NCBI GenBank assembly: GCA_044376115.1
Contig: JBILLK010000001.1
Span: 160,001 to 224,000 of the forward strand
From: Polyangiaceae bacterium
Lineage (GTDB): Bacteria > Myxococcota_A > Polyangia > Polyangiales > Polyangiaceae
Direction: 5' to 3'
DNA: 64,000 nt
Shown: piece by piece, positions 19,139 through 28,876 of the stretch
Position numbering within the stretch: position 1 is the first letter of the stretch
How the letters are laid out: each line of letters starts with the position of its first letter
The notes under the pieces: model-generated
The model's input: only the letters and a program-made list of their open reading frames with translations
Told to the model about the DNA's origin: nothing
The model's database searches: none
Translations under genes and position numbers: made by a program

Positions 19139-20032
19139 ATGGACCTCTACTTCATGTCGCCCCCTCCGAGGGATTGGGAGCTTCGCGGCCGAGCCAACTT
19201 CCGCAGCCGTAAAGCCGCTGACGTTGATCCCCTGCGCGCTCGCCGCGAATGGCTGACCTTGGCCGAAGGGATCGAGGCGCTGGGCGGGACCGTCGTCGTG
19301 CTGCCCCCGGTGCAAGGGCTCTCGGGATTGCCGTATGCCGCTGAGGCTGGCCACCCACTGCCTGCAACTCGCCCCGGTGGACGACCGCGCTTCCTGCTAC
19401 CCAAGATGAAGCCGCAACATCGCGTGGCGGAGCGCACCGTCTGGGGACCGTTCATGGAGCGCCTCGGTTTTGAGGTGATCGATGAGCCAGGGGAGTTCGT
19501 CTGGGAGGGCCAGGGCGATGTGGCGTGGTTCGACCGAGCGACGCTGCTCTTTCACGGTGGACGCACCGATGCGCAGGCCGTGAACACAATGCGCAAACAC
19601 TTCGATGGGGAGCTGCTCGAGCTCTCCGTTCGAGAGCCGGCTTTTCACGGCAACATGGCGCTCCTCCCGTTGGAGCGTTCGCGCTCGATGTTGGTTTGCG
19701 CCGACGTCATGCACGAGGACTCATTGGCGCTGCTCGAGGCTCGCGTTGGACGTGACTGCCTCCACTTTGTCTCGGAGGAGGAGATTCAACTTTATGCAAC
19801 CAACGGGCTTCCCGTCGGAGACACGGTGCTTTGCCCCTCGGTGCTGCCACAGCGTGTCCGCAAACTGATTGAGCGCGAGGGGTATACCGTTGCAGAACTC
19901 GGTATGCCCGAGCTGTGCGAGAAGGCTGGCGGCGCATCACGCTGCTTAGTCTGTGTGTTTAGGGACGCGCCTGACCTCGAGATCCCATCGGAGAATCTCT
20001 TGGCAGCTCATCGGGACGATTTGCTGGGCTGA
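19139..20032 (+). CDS. Amidinotransferase/pentein-fold enzyme (DDAH / arginine dihydrolase-like)
   Basis: YFMSPP start, ARREW, WEGQGD, FHGN, YATNGL, C-terminal KAGGASRC with the catalytic Cys. The ORF's upstream extension overlaps nrtR and is discarded. Confidence 0.85.
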   Translation: MDLYFMSPPPRDWELRGRANFRSRKAADVDPLRARREWLTLAEGIEALGGTVVVLPPVQGLSGLPYAAEAGHPLPATRPGGRPRFLLPKMKPQHRVAERTVWGPFMERLGFEVIDEPGEFVWEGQGDVAWFDRATLLFHGGRTDAQAVNTMRKHFDGELLELSVREPAFHGNMALLPLERSRSMLVCADVMHEDSLALLEARVGRDCLHFVSEEEIQLYATNGLPVGDTVLCPSVLPQRVRKLIEREGYTVAELGMPELCEKAGGASRCLVCVFRDAPDLEIPSENLLAAHRDDLLG

Positions 20033-20054
20033 ACGCGTCGTCTCGAACGACCGA

Positions 20055-20087
20055 AAGGGCACGCGTCTTTGAACGACACGTGCCCTT
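20055..20087 (-). terminator. Intrinsic terminator-like hairpin between convergent genes
   Basis: AAGGGCACG-c-GTC/loop/GAC-a-CGTGCCCTT. On the minus strand the mismatch becomes G.U and the stem ends in TTT just after the beta-barrel stop. May be bidirectional. Confidence 0.7.
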
Positions 20088-20091
20088 GGCT

Positions 20092-21105
20092 TCACCACCA
20101 GAAGGTCGCGCCTGCTCGCATCAGGCCAGCACCTGACGTGTCCGTAGTCTCACCCGTCTCTGGGTTGTAAAACTCGGGACGGTTATCGTCGTTGACCTCG
20201 CGGCGCACCACCGCGAGAGCGTCTGCAAACAGGCCGAAGTGACGAGCGAGTCGGAACTCGAGACCAAGGCCGGCCTGGAAGCCGACGTAGTCATAGGTTT
20301 CGCTCCCGTTGAAACCGGCATCGAAGTAGATTTCTCGGTCAACACCTGCATGCGCCGCGTGCACACCACCAATTCCGTAGACCTGAATGCGATGCTGCGG
20401 ATTGAAGTACACAAGGCCCGATAGCGAGCCGGCGATTTCGAGTCGGCTGTTGCCATTGTAGTCAGTGCCGCCGACGACGTCGGTGCCGACGTCAAACGCG
20501 AAGTACGGGGAAGGGCGCCAGCGGAAGCTCGCCCCAAGACCGCCAAGACCTCCCGCGTCGCTGTAGACCGACTGAGGAATGAACGCAGCGCCCTCGACGC
20601 GAAGGTTGAGACCAAAGGTCTCACGCCAGCGGCGTGCGCGCTTCTTCCGCTGGGGACGCTCGTTCTCTACGTCCTCTTCGTCAGCCTCGTCGATCTCTTC
20701 TTCAACAGCCTCAGCCCGCTGCTTCTTGACCTTCTTCTTGGTCTTCTTCGTCTTCTGCTTGACGATGACGACCGTGTCGCCCTCGCCCTCGACCTCAACG
20801 GTTTTGGCGCTCTTCTTTACCTTCTTCGCCTTGGACTTCTTCGACTTCTTCTTTGGAGCCTCATCTTGAGTTTGTGCGAGCTCCTCTTCCTCAGGCTCCG
20901 AAGAAAGGGCGTGCTTGCTCGAAGGCGAGACGTCTGGGTCGGTAGCTGTCTCTTCCGACTCATCGGAGCCGTTAACGGTCACCTCGACTTCCGGAGTCGG
21001 CACTTCTTCGCAGAACCAAGACCCAGGAGGGCATCGGTCGTCTGCGAGTGCGTCGGTGGCCAACAGCAGAGGTGCAAAACTGACAGCGAAAATCCAGCGG
21101 GGCAT
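20092..21105 (-). CDS. Outer-membrane beta-barrel protein with a long charged N-terminal region
   Basis: Signal peptide ending ALA-D, CPPGSWFC motif, alternating Glu- and Lys-rich blocks, amphipathic beta strands (QAGLGLEFRL, FGLFADA), aromatic C-terminus ATFWW. Confidence 0.8.
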   Translation of the reverse strand: MPRWIFAVSFAPLLLATDALADDRCPPGSWFCEEVPTPEVEVTVNGSDESEETATDPDVSPSSKHALSSEPEEEELAQTQDEAPKKKSKKSKAKKVKKSAKTVEVEGEGDTVVIVKQKTKKTKKKVKKQRAEAVEEEIDEADEEDVENERPQRKKRARRWRETFGLNLRVEGAAFIPQSVYSDAGGLGGLGASFRWRPSPYFAFDVGTDVVGGTDYNGNSRLEIAGSLSGLVYFNPQHRIQVYGIGGVHAAHAGVDREIYFDAGFNGSETYDYVGFQAGLGLEFRLARHFGLFADALAVVRREVNDDNRPEFYNPETGETTDTSGAGLMRAGATFWW

Positions 21106-21236
21106 GGGGAGGCTCCTTCGGGCGGCGATACAAGCGTAGCAACCGAGGTGCCAGTGCGCACCCGCTGTGAACACACACGATCTCAGGCGAATCGAACCAA
21201 GCTGGACGAGTGTGTGAGCTATTGTTCACACCCACC

Positions 21237-22427
21237 ATGGCGCAGGTTGTTCTCAAGCCCGGGCACGTGAGGCCCATTCACGCTGGCCACCCTTGGGTTT
21301 ACCGCCAAGCTGTGGCTGAACTCTCGGGTGGGCCGAAGCCTGGAGCGGAGGTCACGGTCACCGACCCGCAAGGCAAGTTCCTTGGGCGTGGGTTCTATAG
21401 CGAATCGAAGGCGCTCGCCGTTCGCATGTGCACGCGTTCAGATATCGCGTTGGGCGCCGACTTCTTCGTCGAAAGGCTTCGGCGCGCGCAAGCCCTGCGT
21501 CTGCGCCTTGGTTTGCCAAACCAAAACACCACCGGCTACCGACTCGTCCATGGCGAGGCAGACGGCCTCCCGGGGCTGATCGTTGACGTCTTTGGCAGCG
21601 TGGCGTCGGTTCAGTTCAACACCCAAGGCATGAAACTTCGCGAGGGCCTCGTGTTTGCCGCGTTGAACGAGGTGCTCGCGCCAAGCGCCATCCTCGACCG
21701 CACCTCCCCCGCAGCGACGCGTTTCGAAGGGGTGCCGGCGGGCGAAGGGCTCGTGCGCGGTGATCCCAACGTTACAGCGCTCCAGTTCAAGGAGCGTGGC
21801 TTCGACTTCGAGCTACCACTCACACTCTCCCAAAAGACCGGCTTCTACTTTGACCAACGCGACCTTCGTGCACGAGTCGAACAGCTGTGCCGCGGTGCTC
21901 GCGTGCTCGACGTATTCTCCTTCGTTGGCGCGTTCGGGCTCGCGGCTGCTCGCGGTGGAGCGAGCGAGGTCATGTGCGTCGATCAGAGCCCGTTGGTGGT
22001 GGAGATCGCTGCGATGGTTGCGCGCCAAAACGGGCTCGCTGAGCGGATCACGGCGGTGCGCGACGAGGCAGAGCTGGCGCTTCAGAAGGCCTCTCGAAAG
22101 GGGGGCTACGATGTCGTGCTTTGCGATCCGCCGAAGCTCGCACCGACGCGCGCAAGCGCCGGCGCCGCGCTCAAACACTATCGGAACCTCGCGCGCGCGG
22201 CCTGCCTTGCTACCCGCCCTGGCGGCCTGCTCGTGTTCTCCAGCTGCTCCGGCGCCGTGTCTGCCAGCGACCTCCACCGAGCAATCGCACAGGGCGCGCG
22301 CGATTCGAACCTCGACGTTACGTTGCTCGAACAGCACGTTCAGGCGGGAGATCACCCTGTTCCAGCGGCCTTCCCCGAAGGCCTCTATCTGAAGAGCGTG
22401 ATCGCTAGAGTTGATCCGATCGGCTGA
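21237..22427 (+). CDS. rlmI: RlmI-like 23S rRNA m5C methyltransferase (PUA plus SAM domain)
   Basis: GHPWVY, RLVHGEADGLPGLIVD, QKTGFYFDQR, VLDVFSFVGAF, DPPKL, SC, YLK. Confidence 0.88.
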   Translation: MAQVVLKPGHVRPIHAGHPWVYRQAVAELSGGPKPGAEVTVTDPQGKFLGRGFYSESKALAVRMCTRSDIALGADFFVERLRRAQALRLRLGLPNQNTTGYRLVHGEADGLPGLIVDVFGSVASVQFNTQGMKLREGLVFAALNEVLAPSAILDRTSPAATRFEGVPAGEGLVRGDPNVTALQFKERGFDFELPLTLSQKTGFYFDQRDLRARVEQLCRGARVLDVFSFVGAFGLAAARGGASEVMCVDQSPLVVEIAAMVARQNGLAERITAVRDEAELALQKASRKGGYDVVLCDPPKLAPTRASAGAALKHYRNLARAACLATRPGGLLVFSSCSGAVSASDLHRAIAQGARDSNLDVTLLEQHVQAGDHPVPAAFPEGLYLKSVIARVDPIG

Positions 22428-23212
22428 TGAGACCGCTTTCCGCACTTACCGCCGAAGAGGCGCGGCGCATCGACAAGCTCGCGTTTGACCTCGATGACAC
22501 GTTGCTTTCGAACGGAAAGCTCGAGGAGTGCGCCTATTCGGCGTTATTTCGCCTTCAAAGCGCTGGCTTCACCTTGATTGCGTCCACCGGCCGCCCTGCA
22601 AGCTTCGCTGAGGTTGCGGTGAGGCAGTGGCCCATTCAAGCCGCCATCGCCGAGAACGGTGGTGTGGCCTACCACTGCCTGGAGGGCCCGCTGACAAAGC
22701 TCGATACCTGTCCCTCGGATACGCGCCGCGATCGACGTGCGCGACTCCAAGCGTTCACCGAGAGCTTGTGCGCTGAGTTCCCTGAGCTTCACCTGGCCGA
22801 CGACAATCATGGTCGCATCACTGACGTTGCCTTCGACATCGGCGAGCGGCACCGCGTCGCTGCTGAGGTCGTCGAGAGCGCGCGGCAGCTTGCTCGAACC
22901 AACGGCTTCCGTACCTTCTGCTCCAACATTCACATGCACTTGACGTTGGATGCGTTCGACAAGGCGACGGGCTTCGCTGCGTTGATGAGCAACCTAAATC
23001 TGGACCCCGTGCGCGAGCTGCGTCGTGCAGCATTCCTTGGCGACAGCGGCAACGATGGGCCAGCTTTCGCCGCATTTGGGCTGACGATCGGCGTGGCGAA
23101 CGTACGCAAACACTTGGCAAAGCTCACCGTGGCTCCAGGCTTCGTCGCGAGCTCGCACATGGGTCGAGGTTTTGCCGAGATCGCCGAGCGGCTAGTGGAG
23201 CTGCGCGCGTAG
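22427..23212 (+). CDS. HAD-IIB family hydrolase
   Basis: FDLDDTL, STGR, AENGG, DKATG, GDSGND. TGATG coupling to rlmI. Confidence 0.9.
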   Translation: MRPLSALTAEEARRIDKLAFDLDDTLLSNGKLEECAYSALFRLQSAGFTLIASTGRPASFAEVAVRQWPIQAAIAENGGVAYHCLEGPLTKLDTCPSDTRRDRRARLQAFTESLCAEFPELHLADDNHGRITDVAFDIGERHRVAAEVVESARQLARTNGFRTFCSNIHMHLTLDAFDKATGFAALMSNLNLDPVRELRRAAFLGDSGNDGPAFAAFGLTIGVANVRKHLAKLTVAPGFVASSHMGRGFAEIAERLVELRA

Positions 23213-23258
23213 GCGGTTTTAGATTCCGGTCAGCTAGCGCGGGGGCTATGACAGCGTC

Positions 23259-24875
23259 GTGAGTGAGTCCGACGTCGTTGCTGGAGCGCTCGTACACGGG
23301 CGCTACAAGCTGCTCGAACGAGTCGGCGGTGGTGGCATGGGCCACGTCTTCCGCGCTGAAGACACGGTTACCCGCCGGGTCGTCGCGGTAAAGCTGTTGC
23401 ACAAGGAGCTTTGGAGTAACGCCGACTTGACCGCGCGCTTGTTTCAAGAGGCGCGCGTCATCAGCTCGATCGCCCACCCAAACATCGTCGAGATCTTGGC
23501 CGTCGACGCAAGCGCGCACGGTCCGTTTATCGCGATGGAGTATCTCGACGGAAGCTCGGTCGGGAGCCTGTTGCAGTTGTTCGGCAAGTTCGACGAGCAG
23601 CTGGTTGCGACCATCATGATTCCGCTCCTGTCGGCACTCGACGCAGCACACGGCCACGGAGTGATTCATCGCGACTTGAAGCCAGAGAATATCTTCGTGT
23701 GCAGGGAGCGCGCGGGCCGAGGCGAACGCGGAAATGTCCACTTGCTAGACTTTGGCATCGCCAAATTTCAGCAAGGCATGGCGGAAGAGGCGCCGCGCAC
23801 CCGCACCGGGGTCGTCTTCGGAACGCCAGACTATTTGTCGCCCGAACAAGCTACCGGAGAGGGGCCGCTGGATGGCCGGAGCGATCTCTTCTCCGTTGGC
23901 ATCGTGATGTACGAGCTCCTGAGCGGCCGACGACCCTTCACGGCCAGCACCGCCGTCGCCACCGCGTTTCGCATCGTTCACGCGACGCCCCCTTCCTTCG
24001 AGTCGCTGGGATTGAGCGTCTCGGGGGAGCTGCGAGGGGTCGTACGCAAGCTATTGGCCAAGTCTCCCAACGATCGTCCGGCTTCCGCACGTGAGGTGCT
24101 TGAGGTGCTGAAGCTACTTCACCCGGATACCGAGGCCCGACAAAGCCGACTACTGCGCTTGCTGCAAGACGCCGACGACAAGCGAAAGCGCGGTTCTCGA
24201 CCTCCGCTCGCGATTCGGTCGAAGACTCCGCCGGCGCTCGGAATCGATGGAGCTGGCTTTCGCTCCCACGGTCTGTCTCCGCGAACGCATGGCCGTTGTG
24301 CGCGGGGCCCGGTGCTGGCAAGCATCGACGGCGCAATTGAGCGCACGCGTGGCGAGCTCGACCGCGAGCGGGTGGTTGCGCTACTGCCGGACAGTCACGC
24401 CGAAGAGCTTCGTCGTGGAAGGCCAAGCGTCCTCGACGCCCACGACATTGACGTGGTTCGCCGATATATCGATACAGCGGGCCGCGTTTTACAGCTAAAC
24501 GACAAGACCTTTCGCGATATGGGCCGAGACGCCCTGCTGTACGAGCTAGCGCCGTTCGTCCGCACGCTCATTCGACCCGCAGAGTTTTACGACACCCTCA
24601 ATCGTATGGTTGCCATCCTGAAGTCGCTGTTCGACTTTGGACTTTGGTCGATCACCCGCGCCGAAGCTACAGAGTATGGCCCGCCACGGGCTAGCTCGGC
24701 CCATCAAGCGACCATCCGCATTACCGGCTTTGAGCTGATACCCAACAATCTCCGGTTGTGGCTGCTGGGAGTCATATCGGGCATTCTTGAGGCCGCTGGA
24801 AACACAGGCGTGGAGGTCAGCGCCGACCGGTCGGCGGGCACTAACCTCGAGATCGAGGTCGTCGCGAACTCATGA
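23259..24875 (+). CDS. Cytoplasmic Ser/Thr protein kinase with a C-terminal HNOB/V4R/DUF2378-like domain
   Basis: GGGGMG, VAVK, HRDLKPEN, DFG, GTPDYLSPEQ. The C-terminal domain call is by resemblance only. Confidence 0.9.
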   Translation: MSESDVVAGALVHGRYKLLERVGGGGMGHVFRAEDTVTRRVVAVKLLHKELWSNADLTARLFQEARVISSIAHPNIVEILAVDASAHGPFIAMEYLDGSSVGSLLQLFGKFDEQLVATIMIPLLSALDAAHGHGVIHRDLKPENIFVCRERAGRGERGNVHLLDFGIAKFQQGMAEEAPRTRTGVVFGTPDYLSPEQATGEGPLDGRSDLFSVGIVMYELLSGRRPFTASTAVATAFRIVHATPPSFESLGLSVSGELRGVVRKLLAKSPNDRPASAREVLEVLKLLHPDTEARQSRLLRLLQDADDKRKRGSRPPLAIRSKTPPALGIDGAGFRSHGLSPRTHGRCARGPVLASIDGAIERTRGELDRERVVALLPDSHAEELRRGRPSVLDAHDIDVVRRYIDTAGRVLQLNDKTFRDMGRDALLYELAPFVRTLIRPAEFYDTLNRMVAILKSLFDFGLWSITRAEATEYGPPRASSAHQATIRITGFELIPNNLRLWLLGVISGILEAAGNTGVEVSADRSAGTNLEIEVVANS

Positions 24876-26671
24876 CGCCGCCGAAGGTCCTACCGCCACC
24901 AGTTGAAACCTATGCACTAGGACTGGGTGGGCAGCTCAAGAGCAAACGCAATTACTACCTCGCAGGGTCCGCGCTGCTCGTCGTCCAACAGTCGCTAATG
25001 GCTTCGCGCGACTTCCTGGTGGGGCGTGCCGTTCAGGCCGCCGGTAGCCTCGACACCGCTCTTGTTCGGCACATTGCTCTCTCGATCTTCGCGGTCAGTA
25101 TTGGTTCGGCCATTGCGCGAGTGCTCTCACGCGTAACGGTTTTTACCGCCGGGCGAAACGTTGAGTACGAGCTTCGGGCCGTACTGCTCGACCGTATTCA
25201 ACGCTTGGGGCCCACGTTCTTTCGCAGCATGCCGACAGGCGAAATAATGAGTCGGGCCACGAACGACCTTACCCAGGTGCGACTTCTACTGGGCTTCGGC
25301 GTGCTCAACGTAATGGCGAGCTTTGCTGCATTGGTGAGCGCGGTCTACGTCATGGCCTCAATCTCTGTACGCCTGACCGTCGCGAGCTTCGCCATGTTGC
25401 CGGTCCTGTGGCTGGTAACCCGCAGCTTCTCAAGCAAGCTCTTTTCCCGCACCAAAGAGAACCAAGATGCGATGGGTAAGATGAGCGAGCGTACGCTCTC
25501 TTCGCTGGCGGGCACTCGAGTGATCCGGTCCTTCGCGCTCGTCGATAGCGAACTAGCTACATTTGAGAAGTCCAACGCGGACTATCGAGCCAAGAGCCTG
25601 GCGCTAGCCCGCTTGCGCGGCGCCATGATGCCTGTCGTCGGGTCCATCTCCGCTGTCTCTTCGTTGGTGGTCTACTTCTATGGCGGCACGCTCATCGGCC
25701 GGAATGAACTGCTACCGGGGGACTTCGTCGCGTTCTCGATTGCGCTTCAACGTTTAGCTTGGCCGCTCATGGCCATCGGGTTCGTCGCTGCCATCATCCA
25801 ACGTGGCCGCGCAGGCTACGCACGGCTGAAAGAGGTATTGGACGCGCAGCCCGAGATTGTTGGTGGAAACGCCGATCCAAGCACACCGCCCCAAGGAGCG
25901 ATTGAGGTCAGGAACCTCTCGTTCGCTTACGGCAACAAGCCCATCCTCAAAAATGTGAGCTTCAAAGTTGATGCCGGTCGCTCACTCGCGATTGTAGGCA
26001 GGACCGGCTCCGGCAAGACCACCTTGGCGGCGTTGATGCCACGCCTTTTGAACACTCCTCGAGACAGCGTGTTTCTCGATGGTGCAGACATCTGCGATCT
26101 ATCGCTCAATCGAGTGCGCAAGAACGTTGGCTACGCCCAGCAAGACGCTTTTCTCTTCTCGACGACAGTTGCGAACAACATCGGCTACAGCCTCGATGAC
26201 GTCGAAGAGAAAGAGGCGCTCGAGCTCGTCCGGGGAGCGGCCAGAGAAGCAGAGGTTCTCGCTGAGATTGAACTCCTGCCGGAGGGTTTCGACACGGTCG
26301 TCGGCGAGCGAGGAGTTCAGCTTTCAGGCGGTCAGCGACAACGTATTGCGCTAGCTCGAGCGCTACTTCGCAAACCATCTCTGCTGGTCCTCGATGATCC
26401 ACTCTCCGCCGTAGATGCAAAGACAGAGCACGCGATCTTGCAAGCGATTGAACGTCAGAAACGGGACCGCACCGTTGTGCTGATCACGCATCGCATCGCG
26501 GCAGCCAAGCGCTGTGACCAGATCGTCGTCTTGGAGGGCGGTGAGATTACCGAGCGCGGTAGCCATGAGGAGCTGATTCGTCTGGGCGGTACGTACGCGA
26601 ACTTCGCCAGGGAGCAAGAGCTCGAAGAGGAGCTCAAGAAGGCTGAAGCCGAGCTGGAAGTGGCAACATGA
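24872..26671 (+). CDS. ABC exporter subunit (TMD-NBD), heterodimeric MdlA/YheI type
   Basis: Six-TM domain, Walker A GRTGSGKT, LSGGQ, degenerate Walker B LVLDDPLSAVD. Confidence 0.93.
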   Translation: MTPPKVLPPPVETYALGLGGQLKSKRNYYLAGSALLVVQQSLMASRDFLVGRAVQAAGSLDTALVRHIALSIFAVSIGSAIARVLSRVTVFTAGRNVEYELRAVLLDRIQRLGPTFFRSMPTGEIMSRATNDLTQVRLLLGFGVLNVMASFAALVSAVYVMASISVRLTVASFAMLPVLWLVTRSFSSKLFSRTKENQDAMGKMSERTLSSLAGTRVIRSFALVDSELATFEKSNADYRAKSLALARLRGAMMPVVGSISAVSSLVVYFYGGTLIGRNELLPGDFVAFSIALQRLAWPLMAIGFVAAIIQRGRAGYARLKEVLDAQPEIVGGNADPSTPPQGAIEVRNLSFAYGNKPILKNVSFKVDAGRSLAIVGRTGSGKTTLAALMPRLLNTPRDSVFLDGADICDLSLNRVRKNVGYAQQDAFLFSTTVANNIGYSLDDVEEKEALELVRGAAREAEVLAEIELLPEGFDTVVGERGVQLSGGQRQRIALARALLRKPSLLVLDDPLSAVDAKTEHAILQAIERQKRDRTVVLITHRIAAAKRCDQIVVLEGGEITERGSHEELIRLGGTYANFAREQELEEELKKAEAELEVAT

Positions 26672-28491
26672 AGTCCAAGGCCACAGCCCCGGTAGCAGCA
26701 ACTCGAGGCAAGGAAGCGCTTGCTCGTTTTCATGAGGAGAGCAACGTCGTTGCCTACGACGCCGCTCATCTGCGTCGGCTCTGGCCCTTCGTAAGGCCGC
26801 AGAAGCACCTGCTCTTCGGGTCGATCTTCCTGCTGCTGGTCGCTTCTGGTCTCGCACTCACCAGGCCATGGATCATGGGTCGCGGGCTCGACGCCATTGG
26901 CAAGAACCCCAACGCGATCGTTGAAGCCGGCCTCGTCCTGCTCACAGTGGTGGTTCTCGAGCAGCTCACCACCTTCCCGCAAACCTATATGGTGCAGCTC
27001 GCCGGCGCGCGCGCGATGGCGGATCTGCGCACCAAAGTCTTCACCTTCCTCCACTCTCGCAGCCTTGCGTTCTTCGATCGCACGCCCGTTGGCAGACTCG
27101 TTACCCGTGTAACGAATGATGTCGATGCGATCGGCGAAATGTTCGCCTCCGGCGCGTTGAACGCTATCGGAGATCTCGTTCGCTTGGTCGGCATCGTGGT
27201 GGTGATGTTGTCGACCGACTGGCAGGTATCGCTCATCGCCTTCGCTTCACTGCCGCCCGTGCTGCTTGGGGTGAACTACACGCGCAAGCGCATTCGTGAG
27301 GCCTTCCGCGAGGTCCGCACCAAGACAGCTCGCATGAACGCCTTCCTCAATGAGCAAGTCAGCGGGATCGGTGTGGTTCAGGCTTATGCGCGCGAAGAGC
27401 AAGGGGCGATCGCCTTTGACGAGATCAACGAGGCGTATCGCAAAGCGAACAACCAATCCATCGTGTGGGACGCCTCGCTCGATGCAGCGATTGAGCTGAT
27501 CTCGAGCCTGTGTATCGCATCAGCCCTTTGGGCAGCCGGCATCCACGAGGTCAGTGACAAGCTCACCTTCGGGATGGTGTTCGTCTTCGTCGACTACATC
27601 AATATGTTCTTCATCCCCATCCGGGATCTATCGGCGCGCTACACCTTGGTGCAGTCGGCGATGACTGGCGCCGAGCGCGTCTTTGAGCTGCTCGACAACA
27701 AGGAAGAGGATGCGCCAGCCGTAGCGTTGGAGAACGAACCAATCATCGAGGGTGGCCCACTGCTCAGCTTTGACGACGTGAGCTTCGCCTACAAACCCAA
27801 CGTTTATGCACTCCGCAATGTGTCCTTCGAGGTGAAGCAGGGTGAGAGAGTCGCGCTGGTGGGCGCCACCGGTGCGGGCAAGTCGACCGTCGCGTCACTC
27901 TTGCTAAGGCTCTACGACGTGACAGAAGGCGTTGTGCGTGTTCAAGGGAGAAACGTACGAGCCTTCGAGCGCGAGAAGCTGCGACGGGCCTTCTCGGTCG
28001 TGCCCCAAGATGTCTTCCTATTCCCCGGCTCCGTAGCGTCAAACATCGCCGCGGGCGATGCCACGCCGGACCTCGAGCGAGTGCGTTCAGCCTTGAGCAA
28101 GATCGACGCGCTGGAGCTGTTCGAGCAACGCGAGGGAGGGCTCGAGGCGGTCGTCAAAGAACGTGGTTCCAACTTCTCCGCCGGGGAACGACAGCTCATC
28201 GCCTTCGCCAGAGCACTCTACAAGCAGCCGGAGATACTCATCCTCGACGAGGCGACGGCCAACGTCGATAGCGACACGGAGAACCGACTGCAACGCGCGG
28301 TGGAAGGTGCTCTCGCAGGGCGAACCGCAGTGGTCATTGCCCATCGGCTATCCACCATTCGCGCCGCCGATCGGATCGTGGTCTTTCATCGCGGTCGAGT
28401 CGTAGAGCAAGGAACGCATGAAGCCCTGATCGCTCAGGGCGGTGTCTATTCGCGCTTGCATGCGCTGCAATTTGCGCGCAAGGCGCCCTGA
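26668..28491 (+). CDS. ABC exporter subunit (TMD-NBD), heterodimeric MdlB/YheH type
   Basis: GATGAGKS, degenerate signature FSAGE, LDEATANVD, AHRLST. ATGA overlap with its partner. Confidence 0.93.
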   Translation: MKSKATAPVAATRGKEALARFHEESNVVAYDAAHLRRLWPFVRPQKHLLFGSIFLLLVASGLALTRPWIMGRGLDAIGKNPNAIVEAGLVLLTVVVLEQLTTFPQTYMVQLAGARAMADLRTKVFTFLHSRSLAFFDRTPVGRLVTRVTNDVDAIGEMFASGALNAIGDLVRLVGIVVVMLSTDWQVSLIAFASLPPVLLGVNYTRKRIREAFREVRTKTARMNAFLNEQVSGIGVVQAYAREEQGAIAFDEINEAYRKANNQSIVWDASLDAAIELISSLCIASALWAAGIHEVSDKLTFGMVFVFVDYINMFFIPIRDLSARYTLVQSAMTGAERVFELLDNKEEDAPAVALENEPIIEGGPLLSFDDVSFAYKPNVYALRNVSFEVKQGERVALVGATGAGKSTVASLLLRLYDVTEGVVRVQGRNVRAFEREKLRRAFSVVPQDVFLFPGSVASNIAAGDATPDLERVRSALSKIDALELFEQREGGLEAVVKERGSNFSAGERQLIAFARALYKQPEILILDEATANVDSDTENRLQRAVEGALAGRTAVVIAHRLSTIRAADRIVVFHRGRVVEQGTHEALIAQGGVYSRLHALQFARKAP

Positions 28492-28492
28492 C

Positions 28493-28876
28493 CTACTGCG
28501 CTGTCACCACCACAAATAGGTCGGCGCAACTCGGGTTACGCAGCGCTATGACCTCACTATCGACAGCGACAATCTCGGCTTCTTCACCTGAGGCTTGGAC
28601 CAATACGCCGTCCTCCCTCGATGCGGCGACATACACCTGCAATAGGCGCGGCTCAGCGCCGAGTTGATGCTCAAACTCGATGATGAGACCGGGCGGAAAA
28701 TCCACCCAGCTCTCACTATCCCACGAGGAAGAACGGTAGGTAGCGTCGACGACGGTCCCTTCCGAATAGGCAACCGGCGGCTCCTCGGAGAGATCCTCGC
28801 CGCAGGCAGAAGTGACTACATCACAACCCGCGAGAAGGACCGCGGAAGAAACGAGCGCAGCTTTCAGCCCAGCCAT
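28493..28876 (-). CDS. Small hypothetical lipoprotein
   Basis: Lipobox LLAG-C, acidic beta-rich 127 aa. Overlaps the hemB stop by 13 nt. Confidence 0.65.
   Translation of the reverse strand: MAGLKAALVSSAVLLAGCDVVTSACGEDLSEEPPVAYSEGTVVDATYRSSSWDSESWVDFPPGLIIEFEHQLGAEPRLLQVYVAASREDGVLVQASGEEAEIVAVDSEVIALRNPSCADLFVVVTAQ

Noticed and set aside
24872..28491. Degenerate Walker B (DD) and signature (FSAGE) in the ABC pair
   Set aside because: Normal asymmetry of heterodimeric exporters, not inactivation.
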